From Candidatus Zixiibacteriota bacterium (GTDB taxonomy: Bacteria; Zixibacteria; MSB-5A5; CAIYYT01): 64,000 nt of DNA. How positions within the stretch are numbered: the stretch's first letter is position 1; every line of letters begins with the position of its first letter. Position numbers and translations under genes: made by a program. Where the stretch lies: positions 5,705-69,704 of the forward strand of contig JADYYF010000136.1 in the NCBI GenBank assembly GCA_020853795.1. Direction: 5' to 3'. Positions 18,762 to 29,200 of the stretch are shown piece by piece. The notes under the pieces are model-generated. The model searched no databases. It had not been told where the DNA came from and was given only the letters and a program-made list of their open reading frames with translations.

Positions 18762-19589
18762 CTATTTCCCTTTCAGGCTGTCGATGAGTTCCTGGTAACG
18801 ATCGCAGTATTCCGGTTTTTCCAGGTCCAGAAAGACTCCGGTCAGCATCTTGCCTTCAAGTTTCTCCGGCGGCAATTTGGCCGCAGCCTTGAGGGGAATA
18901 ACATTCTTCTTCATGTCCTCGATCATCTTGACCGCGTCGCCGGCACGGTTGAGACGGCCGTAGTAGGTGTGGCAATTGGAGAAAGCTTCGACGACCGAGA
19001 AGCCGCGCTTGGCGATGGCCTGCTCGATGAGTTCGTCGAGCTGGTTGACATGGTAGACGGTGCCGCGAGCGACGTAGGTTGCGCCGGCGCCCATGGCCAG
19101 CTTGGGGATATCGAAGTTGTTCTCTTTGTTGCCATAGGGCGAGGTCGTGGCATAGGAATCGGCGGGCGTGGTCGGCGAGAATTGGCCGCCGGTCATGCCG
19201 TAGATCATGTTGTTGATGACGATCGTGGTGATGTCGATGTTGCGGCGGGCCGAATGAATGAAGTGATTGCCACCAATAGCGAGGGCGTCGCCGTCGCCGG
19301 TAATAACGATCACCTTCATGTGCGGTTTGGCCAATTTGACACCGGTCGCAAAGGCGAGGGCGCGGCCGTGCGTGGTGTGCAGCGTATTGAAATCGAGATA
19401 GGCAGGCATGCGCGACGAGCAGCCGATGCCCGACACCAGGCAGACATCATCACGATTCAACTGCAGTGTATCGATCGCGCGGACGAGGCAGCCCATGACG
19501 ATGCCGATGCCGCAGCCGGGGCACCAGACGTTGGGGAAGGCCTTTTTCGGCCGCAAGTATTGATGAACGACATCAGATTTCTGTAACAT
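18762..19589 (-). CDS. korB: 2-oxoacid:ferredoxin oxidoreductase beta subunit (TPP-binding)
   Basis: Contains the CPGCGIG motif and the GDGD TPP-binding motif; 275 aa. Confidence 0.8.
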   Translation of the reverse strand: MLQKSDVVHQYLRPKKAFPNVWCPGCGIGIVMGCLVRAIDTLQLNRDDVCLVSGIGCSSRMPAYLDFNTLHTTHGRALAFATGVKLAKPHMKVIVITGDGDALAIGGNHFIHSARRNIDITTIVINNMIYGMTGGQFSPTTPADSYATTSPYGNKENNFDIPKLAMGAGATYVARGTVYHVNQLDELIEQAIAKRGFSVVEAFSNCHTYYGRLNRAGDAVKMIEDMKKNVIPLKAAAKLPPEKLEGKMLTGVFLDLEKPEYCDRYQELIDSLKGK

Positions 19590-19590
19590 C

Positions 19591-20727
19591 TTACCTCACC
19601 TCCTTGATCTTTTCAAGGATCTGGTCGGGAGTAATCAATTCGGAGTCGAACCGCGCCAGGCTGACGACCTTAACGTGCTTGGGAGCGACGCGCTCGATTT
19701 CGGTCACGTACTGACCCTGGTTGAGTTCCGCAACGATGATCACCTCGAGGCTCTTGGAGCCAAAGATCTCGTGGTACTTCTTCTCATTGGTGGGCCAGAT
19801 GGTAATCGGCCGCACCTGCCCGACTTTCATGCGCCGATGGCGCGCCATCATTACCGCTTGCTTGGCAGCACGAGCGACGCTACCGTAGGCAACGACGGCG
19901 ACGTGGGCATCGGCCATGCCGTCGGTTTCAATTTCGCAGATTTCGTCAACATAGCGCATGATCTTGTTGTGCAGCTTGTTCAGCTTATCGAAAGTGCGCT
20001 TGGGATCGGAGATCGGAAATCCCTCTTCGTTGTGCGTCAGGCCCGTGACGTGGAAGCGGTAGCCTTCTCCGAAAGCAGCCATGGGCGACTTGAAGCTCGG
20101 GGTGATCTCAAATGGTTTATACCAGTTGGCCGGGACGGTCGGTTTGACGCGGTCGATGATTTTGATCGCGCCCGGGTCCGGCATGACGACCTTCTCGCGC
20201 ATGTGCCCGAGGACTTCATCGAGCAGCAAAATCACCGGCGTGCGGTAGTCCTCAGCCAGGTTCATGGCGCGAACGGTGAGGCGGATGGTCTCCTCGACCG
20301 ACTGCGGCGCAACGGCAATCGCAACGTAGTCGCCATGGGTGCCCCAGCGGGCCTGCATCGTGTCGGCCTGCGAGACCTTGGTGGGCAGACCGGTGGAGGG
20401 GCCGCCGCGCTGGACGTTGACGACGACGCAGGGCACCTCGGCGATGTACGCATAGCCGAGATTTTCCTGCATGAGGGAGAATCCCGGGCCCGAGGTGGCC
20501 GTCATGGTTTTGGCGCCGGCGCAGGAGGCGCCGATGATCGCGGCCATGGAGGCGATTTCGTCCTCCATTTGGATAAATTTCCCGCCGACTTTGGGCAACC
20601 GGCGCGCGAGTCCTTCGGCGACTTCGGTTGACGGCGTGATCGGGTAGCCGGCGAAAAAGGTCAGCCCTCCGATCAAAGCGCCTTCGACGACGGCTTCGTT
20701 GCCTTGCAGCAATCTAACTTCAGCCAT
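19591..20727 (-). CDS. korA: 2-oxoacid:ferredoxin oxidoreductase alpha subunit
   Basis: Alpha-subunit-like sequence, 378 aa; sits in the delta-alpha-beta-gamma gene order. Confidence 0.8.
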   Translation of the reverse strand: MAEVRLLQGNEAVVEGALIGGLTFFAGYPITPSTEVAEGLARRLPKVGGKFIQMEDEIASMAAIIGASCAGAKTMTATSGPGFSLMQENLGYAYIAEVPCVVVNVQRGGPSTGLPTKVSQADTMQARWGTHGDYVAIAVAPQSVEETIRLTVRAMNLAEDYRTPVILLLDEVLGHMREKVVMPDPGAIKIIDRVKPTVPANWYKPFEITPSFKSPMAAFGEGYRFHVTGLTHNEEGFPISDPKRTFDKLNKLHNKIMRYVDEICEIETDGMADAHVAVVAYGSVARAAKQAVMMARHRRMKVGQVRPITIWPTNEKKYHEIFGSKSLEVIIVAELNQGQYVTEIERVAPKHVKVVSLARFDSELITPDQILEKIKEVR

Positions 20728-20739
20728 TGTATCCTTCTC

Positions 20740-20988
20740 CTACTTCACATTCGATACAATCGCCAGATCGGGACAATGCAGCCAGCAAATGGCGCACTGG
20801 GTGCATTTGTCCGGATAGGTGATGATCGGTTTGCCGTCGCGGTCGGTGGTAAATACCTGGTGCGGACAGAAGCTGATGCAAATGCCGCAGGCCTTGCACC
20901 AGTGCATGTAAATGGTAAGCGGCATCCGACCGTCCGGGGATGTCGATTCGGTCGCGGTGGGACCGGTGCCGCCGCTCATGTCAGCCAT
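20740..20988 (-). CDS. 2-oxoacid:ferredoxin oxidoreductase delta subunit (2x[4Fe-4S] ferredoxin)
   Basis: Two CxxCxxCxxxCP motifs: CKACGICISFCP and CTQCAICWLHCP. Confidence 0.8.
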   Translation of the reverse strand: MADMSGGTGPTATESTSPDGRMPLTIYMHWCKACGICISFCPHQVFTTDRDGKPIITYPDKCTQCAICWLHCPDLAIVSNVK

Positions 20989-21022
20989 GGCTTACTACTC
21001 CTAACCTTGCTTACGGGGCAAG

Positions 21023-22096
21023 TTATCTCTTCTTCGTCTTGGCCTTGTTGTTCTTACTTTTCGCCGCTTTGGCCAATTTGACTTTCGGCGCGGCCGCTTT
21101 GACTTTCTTGACGGCGGCCTTTTTGGCGGCGGATTTCCTGGCCGGTTTGGCCGTCTTCTTCGCCGCGGATGTCGGCGCCGCTTTCTTGGCGGCGGGTTTA
21201 GCGGCGGCTTTCGGCTTGGCCGACAACCCAGCCAGTTTCTTCTCGATCAGTTCGGCCACCTGTGATGGGGTCTTGGCGACCGGCACACCGACCGCCTGGA
21301 AGGCGGCGATCTTCTCCACCGCGGTGCCCTTGCCACCGGAGATGATGGCGCCGGCATGGCCCATGCGTTTGTCGGCGGGAGCGGTGAGGCCGGCGATGAA
21401 AGCGACGACCGGCTTGGTCACGTACTTCTTGATGAACTTGGCGGCTTCCTCTTCGTCGGTGCCGCCGATTTCGCCGACGAGCACAATCGCCTGCGTTTGC
21501 GGATCGGCCTGGAACGCGGCGAGGCAGTCGATGAAGTTGGTGCCGATGATCGGGTCACCACCGATGCCGATGCAACTGGACTGGCCGATTTTACGCATGG
21601 TCAGGTTGTAGACGATTTCGTAGGTGAGGGTGCCGGAGCGCGAGACGAGACCGACGTTGCCCTTGCGGTGGATGTGACCCGGCATGATGCCGACCTTGGT
21701 GACGCCGGGAGTGATGATACCGGGGCAGTTCGGGCCGATCAGGCGGGTACCTTTGGTCTTCAGGTAGTTGTAGGCCTTGAGCATATCGACGGCGGGGACG
21801 CCTTCGGAGATGCACACGATCACTTCGATGCCGGCGTCGGCGGCCTCGTAGATGGCGTCGACGGCGAACTGCGCCGGGACGTAGATCACGGAGGTGTTGG
21901 CGCCGGTCTTGGCGACGGCTTCGGCAACCGTATTGAAGATCGGGATGCCTTCGAAGCCGGTGCCGCCCTTGCCGGGGGTAACGCCGGCGACGACGTTGGA
22001 GCCGTATTCTTTCATCTGTCGCGCATGGAATGAGCCGTCGCGGCCGGTGATTCCCTGAACGATGATCTTGCTGCGTTTATCGACAAAAATTCCCAT
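21023..22096 (-). CDS. sucD: succinyl-CoA synthetase alpha subunit with a ~70-aa Lys/Ala/Pro-rich C-terminal tail
   Basis: MGIFVDK...[10 protein letters not shown] and the catalytic His region are canonical SucD. The protein then continues for ~70 aa beyond the normal end (about residue 290): [72 protein letters not shown]. Confidence 0.85.
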   Translation of the reverse strand: MGIFVDKRSKIIVQGITGRDGSFHARQMKEYGSNVVAGVTPGKGGTGFEGIPIFNTVAEAVAKTGANTSVIYVPAQFAVDAIYEAADAGIEVIVCISEGVPAVDMLKAYNYLKTKGTRLIGPNCPGIITPGVTKVGIMPGHIHRKGNVGLVSRSGTLTYEIVYNLTMRKIGQSSCIGIGGDPIIGTNFIDCLAAFQADPQTQAIVLVGEIGGTDEEEAAKFIKKYVTKPVVAFIAGLTAPADKRMGHAGAIISGGKGTAVEKIAAFQAVGVPVAKTPSQVAELIEKKLAGLSAKPKAAAKPAAKKAAPTSAAKKTAKPARKSAAKKAAVKKVKAAAPKVKLAKAAKSKNNKAKTKKR

Positions 22097-22110
22097 GGTC
22101 TGGTCCTTCC

Positions 22111-23247
22111 TTAGGCGACGTGCGCCAGTTCGATGGCTTTTTGGACGACGCCGTCCATTGTATCCGCGGAGATCATCTTCGAGTCCGCGAGGATTTTGCG
22201 GGCGATATCTTCGTTGGTGCCGGTGAGACGCACCACGATCGGCACGCGCGGCTTGAATTCAGAGACGGCTTTGACGATGCCGTTGGCGACGTCGTCGCAG
22301 CGGGTGATGCCGCCGAAGATGTTGAAAAGGATCGCCTTGACGTTGGGGTCGCGAAGGATGATGCGCATCGCGGTCACGACCTTGTCGGGGTTGGAGGAAC
22401 CGCCGATATCGAGGAAGTTGGCCGGTTCGCCGCCGTAGTGCTTGACGAGATCCATGGTCGCCATGGCGAGGCCGGCGCCATTGACGACGCAGCCGATATT
22501 GCCGCTGAGGCCGACGAAGGAAAGCCCCATTTCGCGGGCTTCGTTTTCGGAAGCTTCATTGGGGGCGACATCGCGGAGACCTTCGAAGTCCTTGTGACGA
22601 TACAGGGCGTTGTCATCGAGGTTGATCTTGGCATCGAGCGCAACAACTTCCCCGGCGGGTGTGGTCACCAGCGGATTGATTTCGGCGAGGGTGCAGTCGC
22701 TCTGGATAAAACAGTCATACAGCTTCATGATGATTCGCGCGGCCTGGTTGGCGGTGTGGAAATCGGAATAGAGTTTGAAGGCCAATTCGCGCGCCTGGAA
22801 GTACTGGATGCCGAGCAGCGGATCGACGTGCAGTTTGTGGATTTTTTCGGGGGTCTTGGCGGCGACCTCTTCGATGTCGATGCCGCCTTCCGCGGAGACC
22901 ATGATGACGGCCTTCTTGGCGGCGCGATCGACGATAATGCCGCAGTAGGCTTCATGGGCGATATCGCTGGCTTCGGTGACGAGCACTTTGCGCACGGTGA
23001 GGCCTTTGATGTTCATGCCGAGGATGGCCTGAGCGTTGGCGAAGGCCTCGTCGGCATCCTTGCTGAACTTAATACCGCCGGCTTTGCCGCGGCCGCCGAC
23101 GTGCACCTGTGACTTGACCATAACCGGCCGCCCGTATTCCTGGGCGATCGCGCGCGCCTCTTCGGGCGTCGTGGCGACCCGTCCCTTGGGAACCGGGATG
23201 CCGAATTTCGCAAAGATTTCTTTGGCTTGATATTCGTGTATTTTCAT
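22111..23247 (-). CDS. sucC: succinyl-CoA synthetase beta subunit
   Basis: Starts [20 protein letters not shown]; ATP-grasp plus CoA-ligase architecture; 378 aa; AAGGAG Shine-Dalgarno. Confidence 0.9.
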   Translation of the reverse strand: MKIHEYQAKEIFAKFGIPVPKGRVATTPEEARAIAQEYGRPVMVKSQVHVGGRGKAGGIKFSKDADEAFANAQAILGMNIKGLTVRKVLVTEASDIAHEAYCGIIVDRAAKKAVIMVSAEGGIDIEEVAAKTPEKIHKLHVDPLLGIQYFQARELAFKLYSDFHTANQAARIIMKLYDCFIQSDCTLAEINPLVTTPAGEVVALDAKINLDDNALYRHKDFEGLRDVAPNEASENEAREMGLSFVGLSGNIGCVVNGAGLAMATMDLVKHYGGEPANFLDIGGSSNPDKVVTAMRIILRDPNVKAILFNIFGGITRCDDVANGIVKAVSEFKPRVPIVVRLTGTNEDIARKILADSKMISADTMDGVVQKAIELAHVA

Positions 23248-23258
23248 CTAAGACTCCT

Positions 23259-24632
23259 TCAGCCGTTGTCCGACTGAGATGCGTAATAGCGTTTTGCTTC
23301 TATCAGTAAAGTCTGGTAGTCGTTGTGTTCGGGGTAGTCGAGAACGTACTCGAGCAGGTGGTTGAGAATCTTCCCCACCGCGGGCCCGGGTTGCAGGTTG
23401 AATTCGCGCATGATGTCGTTGCCGTCAAGAGCCAGATCGGCGAGACCGAAGGGCGGCTTTTTGTCGAGTTCGGCGCGGATGCGGCGTTCGAGTTCGTCGA
23501 CGTCGTCGTTGGTTTGCCCCATGCCCTGACCGATGGTATCGGCGCGGCGCAGTTCCAGCAGCGGGAAGATCAAATCGAGACCAGCCTTGCGAATCAGCCG
23601 CCGCAGGCCTTTGTCGGTGACGTCGGTGGTGAACATATGGCGTTCCACGAGGCGACAGACGCTGTCGATGAGATCGTTGGAGTAGCGCAGGCGTTCGAGG
23701 ATGCTGTGCGCGAGGCGCGTGCCGAGAGCGTCATGGCCGTAGAAGCTTGAGCCGCTGTCGGTCAGGCGTTTGGTAGCGGGTTTGCCGAGGTCGTGCAAGA
23801 GCGCGGCCATGCGGAGTTGCAGGTCGAGCGGCGCGGCATCGACTACCGCGAGAGTGTGTTCGAAGACCGGCCACTTGTGATAGGGACCGGGCTGGGTAAC
23901 GCCGACGGCGGCCTCCAATTCAGGCAGGATCAGTTTAAGTAATCCCGATTTTTGCATGAGCAGAAAGCCGATGGAGGGTTTGCGCGCCTTGAGCAGCAGC
24001 TTGTTGAGCTCTTCGGCGATGCGCTCAGGGGTGATCGTCGTGATCAGGTGCGCTTGGTCGCACATGGATTGAAAGGTTTCCGGCTCGATGGCAAATTCGA
24101 AACGCGCGGCGAACTGGACGGCGCGCAGCATGCGCAGCGGGTCCTCCTTGAAGGACTCGGGCGAGGTGTGGCGGATCAGTTTGCGCTGGAGGTCGCCGCG
24201 ACCGTCCAGGGGATCGACGAATTTCCCGGTGGTGACTTCGCGCGCGATGGCGTTGATGGTGAAATCGCGGCGCACGAGATCAGCTTCGACGGGCAGCGCG
24301 TGATCGAATTCGACGGCGAAGTCGCGATGACCGACGCCGGTCGAATATTCGCGACGCGGCAGGGCGAAGTCGAAGGGCGCGGAAGTGTGCGGCGGCGAAT
24401 CGTGAGGCAGGAATTTGATGACGCCAAAGGACTTCCCCACTACGTCGACGCGGCCGTGATTTTTGAGGAGGCGGCAGAGTTGCTCGTAGGGGATACCGGT
24501 GACCAGATAGTCGAAGTCCTTGGAGGGAGGTTGACCGGTGAGGAGAGCATCGCGCACAGTGCCGCCGACTTCGAAGAGACTTCCCTGCTGGGTAAGATCT
24601 GCGATCAAGGCTTCCGGCAATCCGATCGCCAT
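23259..24632 (-). CDS. cca: CCA-adding tRNA nucleotidyltransferase / poly(A) polymerase-family enzyme with C-terminal HD domain
   Basis: GGTVRD and DFDY motifs of the pol-beta nucleotidyltransferase fold, plus an HD motif (LLHDLGK). Start chosen at MAIGLPEAL, immediately after the carbamate kinase stop; the longer ORF-track start would overlap that gene by 89 nt. Confidence 0.75.
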   Translation of the reverse strand: MAIGLPEALIADLTQQGSLFEVGGTVRDALLTGQPPSKDFDYLVTGIPYEQLCRLLKNHGRVDVVGKSFGVIKFLPHDSPPHTSAPFDFALPRREYSTGVGHRDFAVEFDHALPVEADLVRRDFTINAIAREVTTGKFVDPLDGRGDLQRKLIRHTSPESFKEDPLRMLRAVQFAARFEFAIEPETFQSMCDQAHLITTITPERIAEELNKLLLKARKPSIGFLLMQKSGLLKLILPELEAAVGVTQPGPYHKWPVFEHTLAVVDAAPLDLQLRMAALLHDLGKPATKRLTDSGSSFYGHDALGTRLAHSILERLRYSNDLIDSVCRLVERHMFTTDVTDKGLRRLIRKAGLDLIFPLLELRRADTIGQGMGQTNDDVDELERRIRAELDKKPPFGLADLALDGNDIMREFNLQPGPAVGKILNHLLEYVLDYPEHNDYQTLLIEAKRYYASQSDNG

Positions 24633-24633
24633 G

Positions 24634-25578
24634 TTAACCGCGCTCAATAACAGTTCCGGCATTTCCGAACACCGCCTCCGCAGCCTTTTCGATCGAGCTA
24701 ATGACGACTGTGGCACCGCCACGTTTGAGGAAGTCGATCGCCGCTTCGATCTTGGGACCCATGCTCCCCGAGGGAAAGTGCCCTTCTTTCAGGTATTGTT
24801 CAGCCTCGGCAAGCGTGATCCGGTCGAGCAGGCGCTGATTCGGTTTGCCGAAGTTCAGGGCAACCTTGTCGGTGCCGGTGAGGATGATCAGCATCTCGGC
24901 GCCGATTTCATGGGCGAGCAAAGCGGAAGCGCGGTCCTTGTCGATGACGACGTCAACGCCTTCGAGCGTACCGTCGGCCTCGTAGTAGACCGGGATACCG
25001 CCGCCGCCGGCCGCGATCACGATGACGCCGGCGTCGACGAGTTGCTTGATAATGCGGCCTTCGATGATCGACCGGGGAATCGGCGAGGGGACGACCCGGC
25101 GCCAGCCGCGATTGGAGTCTTCCTTCATCGCCCAACCGCGCTCGGTCTGGAAGAGCACCGCCTCTTGCTCAGAGTAGAACTGGCCGATGTACTTGGTCGG
25201 ATTCTGCATTTCCGGATCGTTGCGGTCGACCTCGATCTGCGTGATGATCGTCACAACCTCGCGGCGGAGATTGTCACGATGGAGACGGTTGTAGAGACTC
25301 TGGCCGATCATGTAACCCATGCCGCCTTCGGTATCGGCGACGCAGATACCGAGGGGCAGGATCGGCGCTTTACCGCGCGCGAGTTCGACCCGCAGGATGG
25401 CGTTGCCGACCTGCGGGCCGTTGCCGTGAGTAATGACAAGATTATAGCCGCGCCGGATCAGTTCAATAACACCGTGCAAAGAATTGCGGGTGTTGGCGAA
25501 CTGATTGGCGATCGTATCTTCGACTTCTTTGCGCGTGATGGCATTGCCACCCAGCGCAACAACGGCGCTCTTGCTCAT
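24634..25578 (-). CDS. arcC: carbamate kinase-family protein
   Basis: VVALGGNA and ITHGNGPQVG carbamate-kinase signatures; 314 aa. Confidence 0.8.
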   Translation of the reverse strand: MSKSAVVALGGNAITRKEVEDTIANQFANTRNSLHGVIELIRRGYNLVITHGNGPQVGNAILRVELARGKAPILPLGICVADTEGGMGYMIGQSLYNRLHRDNLRREVVTIITQIEVDRNDPEMQNPTKYIGQFYSEQEAVLFQTERGWAMKEDSNRGWRRVVPSPIPRSIIEGRIIKQLVDAGVIVIAAGGGGIPVYYEADGTLEGVDVVIDKDRASALLAHEIGAEMLIILTGTDKVALNFGKPNQRLLDRITLAEAEQYLKEGHFPSGSMGPKIEAAIDFLKRGGATVVISSIEKAAEAVFGNAGTVIERG

Positions 25579-25581
25579 CGC

Positions 25582-26940
25582 TTACTTCTTGCGCCCCTTC
25601 TTCATTTTGGAGACGAAGTCGCTAAGGATGTCGTAGAGCGTCGGGGAGCCGATTTCCTGCAGGTCGTAGCCGACGCGGGTCGACGGCTGTTTGATCTTGC
25701 AGACGCGGCGCAAATCGATTGGCGTGCCGATAATGACGCCGTCGCACTTGGTGGCGGCGATGGTGGCTTCCAGGTCTTTGACCTGCTTGCCGCCGTAGCC
25801 CATCGCCGGAAGCACGGTGCCGATATTGGGATACTTCTCAAACGTTTCGAGCAGCGTGCCTTTCAAGTATGGCCGCGGATCGACGATTTCGGCGGCGCCG
25901 AATTTATGGGCGGCGACGGTGCCGGCGCCGAACTGCATTTCGCCGTGCGTGGCGGTGGGGCCGTCTTCGATGACGAGGACGCGCTTGCCGCGAATGACGG
26001 AGGCGTCTTCCACGGAGATCGGCGAGGCGGCATCGACGATGATGGCTTCCGGGTTGTACTGGCGGATATTGCCGCGGACGTATTCGATATATTCGCCGTC
26101 GGCGGTGTCGATCTTGTTGATGACGACGACATCGGCCCAGCGCAGGTTGCTTTCGCCGGGATGGTACTGGATTTCGTGGCCGGGCCGATGCGGGTCGGCG
26201 ACGGTGATCCAGAGGTTGGGCTGATAGAACGGCATATCGTTATTGCCGCCGTCCCAGACGACGACGTCAGCTTCCTTCTCGGCCTGGCGCAGGATCATTT
26301 CGTAATCGACGCCGGCATAGATGACCTGGCCGCGGGCGATATGCGGCTCGTATTCTTCCATTTCCTCGATCGTGCAGTTGTGGAGTTCGAGGTCTTTGAG
26401 CGAAGCGAAGCGCTGGCAGGCCTGTTTGGCCAAATCGCCGTAAGGCATGGGATGGCGCACAGCGACGACTTTCATGCCGAGTTCCTTGAGGTCTTCGCAG
26501 ACCTTGCGGGTGGTCTGGCTCTTGCCGGCGCCGGTGCGCACGGCGGCGATGGCGACGACCGGTTTGGAGGACTTGAGCATGGTGGCCTTACCGCCGAGCA
26601 TGCTGAAATTCGCGCCGGCCGCGAGCACCATTGAGGCTTTGTGCATAACGTATTCGTGCGAGACGTCGGAATAGGAGAAGATGACCTCGTCGATGTCCTT
26701 CTCGGAGATCAAATCCAGCAGATCGACTTCGGAATAGATCGGGATGCCCTTCGGGTAGAGTTTACCCGCGAGCGAAGCCGGGTACTTGCGGTCGTCGATA
26801 TCGGGGATCTGCGTCGCGGTGAAGCAGACGACCTCGACCGAGGGGTCGTTGCGATAGTAGGTGTTGAAGTTGTGAAAATCACGCCCGGCCGCCCCCATGA
26901 TCAGAATCCGTTTTCTCGCCATAAAATCTATCTCCTGCAA
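25582..26940 (-). CDS. cyclic 2,3-diphosphoglycerate synthetase-like P-loop protein
   Basis: 452 aa. Has a GAGKS P-loop, and its overall sequence recalls the cDPGS family. Its stop is 3 nt from the carbamate kinase start. The family call rests on recollection of family sequences. Confidence 0.45.
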   Translation of the reverse strand: MQEIDFMARKRILIMGAAGRDFHNFNTYYRNDPSVEVVCFTATQIPDIDDRKYPASLAGKLYPKGIPIYSEVDLLDLISEKDIDEVIFSYSDVSHEYVMHKASMVLAAGANFSMLGGKATMLKSSKPVVAIAAVRTGAGKSQTTRKVCEDLKELGMKVVAVRHPMPYGDLAKQACQRFASLKDLELHNCTIEEMEEYEPHIARGQVIYAGVDYEMILRQAEKEADVVVWDGGNNDMPFYQPNLWITVADPHRPGHEIQYHPGESNLRWADVVVINKIDTADGEYIEYVRGNIRQYNPEAIIVDAASPISVEDASVIRGKRVLVIEDGPTATHGEMQFGAGTVAAHKFGAAEIVDPRPYLKGTLLETFEKYPNIGTVLPAMGYGGKQVKDLEATIAATKCDGVIIGTPIDLRRVCKIKQPSTRVGYDLQEIGSPTLYDILSDFVSKMKKGRKK

Positions 26941-27152
26941 ATTACGCGTTCTTCATCGTTACAGTGATTTTTAGAAAGACCTATCGTGGCGGGCGATTCA
27001 CACGGCGGACGCCAGCCAGATGATGAAGAGGAAATACGACATCACCCGTTGGCGCGGGCAGTGAGGGCGGTTGTGATGGGTCTGACTCATAGCGATCTTC
27101 AGTAACCGCCGGGTACCGGCTGATCGGCACCCGACGGTGATTCCATCCTATT

Positions 27153-28637
27153 TCAAGCGTCGATTTGCGCGCGCTGGAGCGTGCCGGAGAAGTCGACGTA
27201 GATTGATTTCCACTCGGAGAAGACATCCAACGCCTGATGGCCGGCTTCGCGATGACCATTACCGGTCGCCTTGGTGCCGCCGAACGGCAGGTGGACTTCC
27301 GCGCCGATGGTCGGGCTGTTGACGTAGAATATGCCGGTATAGACATCGCGCATGGCGACGAAGGCCTCGTTGATATCCTGCGTATAGATCGAGGCGGAGA
27401 GGCCATAGAGCGAGTCGTTGGCCATCTCGATGGCGTTCTCGAGGGAATCGCACATAGCGACGGAGACGACGGGTCCGAAGATCTCTTCGCGCCAGATCGT
27501 CATTTTCTGGGTGATGTCGGCGAAGACGGTGGGCATCAGGAAGAAGCCCTTGTCGTAGGCGCCGCCGGTGAGGCGCTCGCCGCCGTACAGCAGCTTGCCG
27601 CCGTCCTTCTTGCCGATTTCGATATAGCGCAGGTCGTTCTCGAGCTGGCTCTGGTTGACTGCCGGACCCATGTCGACGTTCGGGTCGAGGCCGTTGCCGA
27701 CACGCAGTTTCTTGACGCGTTCGACGAATTTGTCGAGGAACGGCTTATAGACGTCCTTGTGAACGATGATGCGCGAGGTAGCGGTACAGCGCTGGCCGGT
27801 CGTGCCGAACGCGCCCCAGAGGGCGCCATCGACCGCCAGTTCGAGTTTGGCGGAGGGCATAACCATCATGGCGTTCTTGCCGCCCATTTCCAGCGAGCAA
27901 TGTTTGAAGTCGGGGGCACAGGCTTTGGAAACGACTTGACCGATCTCAGAGGAGCCGGTGAAGGAAACGACCTTGATCGCCGGGTGATGCATGAGCGGAT
28001 CGCCGACGCCGGAACCGGTGCCGGTGACCATATTAACGACACCCTTGGGCATGCCGGCCTCTTCCATGGTCTTGATGAAGTTCACGACCGAAAGCGGCGT
28101 GTCGGTGGCGGGCTTGATCACCACGGTGTTGCCGCAGACGAGCGCCGGGATCATCTTCCAGGATGGAATGGCCATCGGGAAATTCCAAGGAGTGATCATG
28201 GCGCAGACGCCGAGCGGCTGGCGGATCGACATCTGGAACTTATTGCGCAGTTCCGAGGGCGTGGTCTGGCCGTGGAGACGGCGGCCTTCGCCGGCGGTGA
28301 AGTAGGAGATATCGATGGCTTCCTGCACGTCGCCGCGAGTCTCGTTGAGTACCTTGCCCATTTCGCGGGTCATGTCGTTTGCGAATTTCTCTTTGCGTTC
28401 GACGAGCAGTTGGGCGACGCGATAGAGGATTTCGGCCCGTTTCGGCGCGGGGACGAGCCGCCATTTTTTGTAGGCCTCCTGAGCGGCCTGGACAGCGGTT
28501 TCGACGTCGTTCTTGTCGGATTTCTGGAAAACACCGACGATTTCATCCGTATTTGCCGGGTTACGGTTTTCGAAGGTTTGACCGGTTTTCGACGCTACCC
28601 ATTCCCCGTTTATGTAGTTCTTATAGACTTCAGGCAT
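27153..28637 (-). CDS. NAD(P)-dependent aldehyde dehydrogenase-family protein (494 aa from [14 protein letters not shown])
   Basis: ALDH catalytic motifs LEMGGKNA and GQRCTA. GGAGGATGG Shine-Dalgarno before the ATG at 28637. Confidence 0.85.
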   Translation of the reverse strand: MPEVYKNYINGEWVASKTGQTFENRNPANTDEIVGVFQKSDKNDVETAVQAAQEAYKKWRLVPAPKRAEILYRVAQLLVERKEKFANDMTREMGKVLNETRGDVQEAIDISYFTAGEGRRLHGQTTPSELRNKFQMSIRQPLGVCAMITPWNFPMAIPSWKMIPALVCGNTVVIKPATDTPLSVVNFIKTMEEAGMPKGVVNMVTGTGSGVGDPLMHHPAIKVVSFTGSSEIGQVVSKACAPDFKHCSLEMGGKNAMMVMPSAKLELAVDGALWGAFGTTGQRCTATSRIIVHKDVYKPFLDKFVERVKKLRVGNGLDPNVDMGPAVNQSQLENDLRYIEIGKKDGGKLLYGGERLTGGAYDKGFFLMPTVFADITQKMTIWREEIFGPVVSVAMCDSLENAIEMANDSLYGLSASIYTQDINEAFVAMRDVYTGIFYVNSPTIGAEVHLPFGGTKATGNGHREAGHQALDVFSEWKSIYVDFSGTLQRAQIDA

Positions 28638-29200
28638 TCCATCCTCCCAAGAGATAGCTAACAACATCGGGCAATTTAGTGAATTTTTTCACTTCGCCCG
28701 ACCCGTAGAATGTTGAAAAATATAGCGACTAAGATACCTATGTCAAACGGTTTTGTTGCTAATCATGGGAATCATGCAGTTCGTTCTCCCTGATTCTGGA
28801 GGGCGCCTCCATCCAACTTTCGTCGTATTGGCTATCGAGGTTGGCACCCCCTTCATTCTACCGGAGGGGCACAGTCGCACCGTGTAGCGGCGGGTGCTGA
28901 TTAAGTCGTTTTTTTAGTAGTGGAGTGATTCCTGTGGTGGGTGAACACAAGATATTATCAGTTAATGATTTATGGTGGCAGGCGGGGCGTTGAAAGAGGT
29001 GTCGAAGACCACCCTCGCCCCCTTTGCTAAGGGGGAATCCGCAGTGGCGAGTGCGGTGGGTAATAGAGGGATTTGAGTGTGCCCGAAGCCCATCGCAATC
29101 CCTCGTTCCTCGAAACGCTTCGCAGACGGTGGGGTACCGGACCACCACTTGCGGTGGGACACCGGGAGGTCTGACACTCGGGGGGAGGAGATATTCGAGC

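Noticed and set aside
24538-26634. 698-aa plus-strand ORF
   Set aside because: It is antisense to the carbamate kinase and cDPGS-like genes, both of which carry clear family motifs.
26981-27406. 141-aa minus-strand ORF between the cDPGS-like and ALDH genes
   Set aside because: It overlaps the 3' end of the ALDH gene in another frame, is Ser/Pro/Arg-rich and has no RBS.
28670-29200. Known structured RNAs (RNase P, tmRNA, 4.5S/SRP, cobalamin riboswitch)
   Set aside because: Inspecting both strands by eye found none of the hallmark conserved segments: GGAAAGTCCGGGC, AGGGTGAAA..GGTGCGGTAAGAGCGCACC, the tmRNA tag and tRNA-like end, the GGTGCTGTTT SRP helix, or the B12 box. The region is kept only as an unassigned non-coding candidate.
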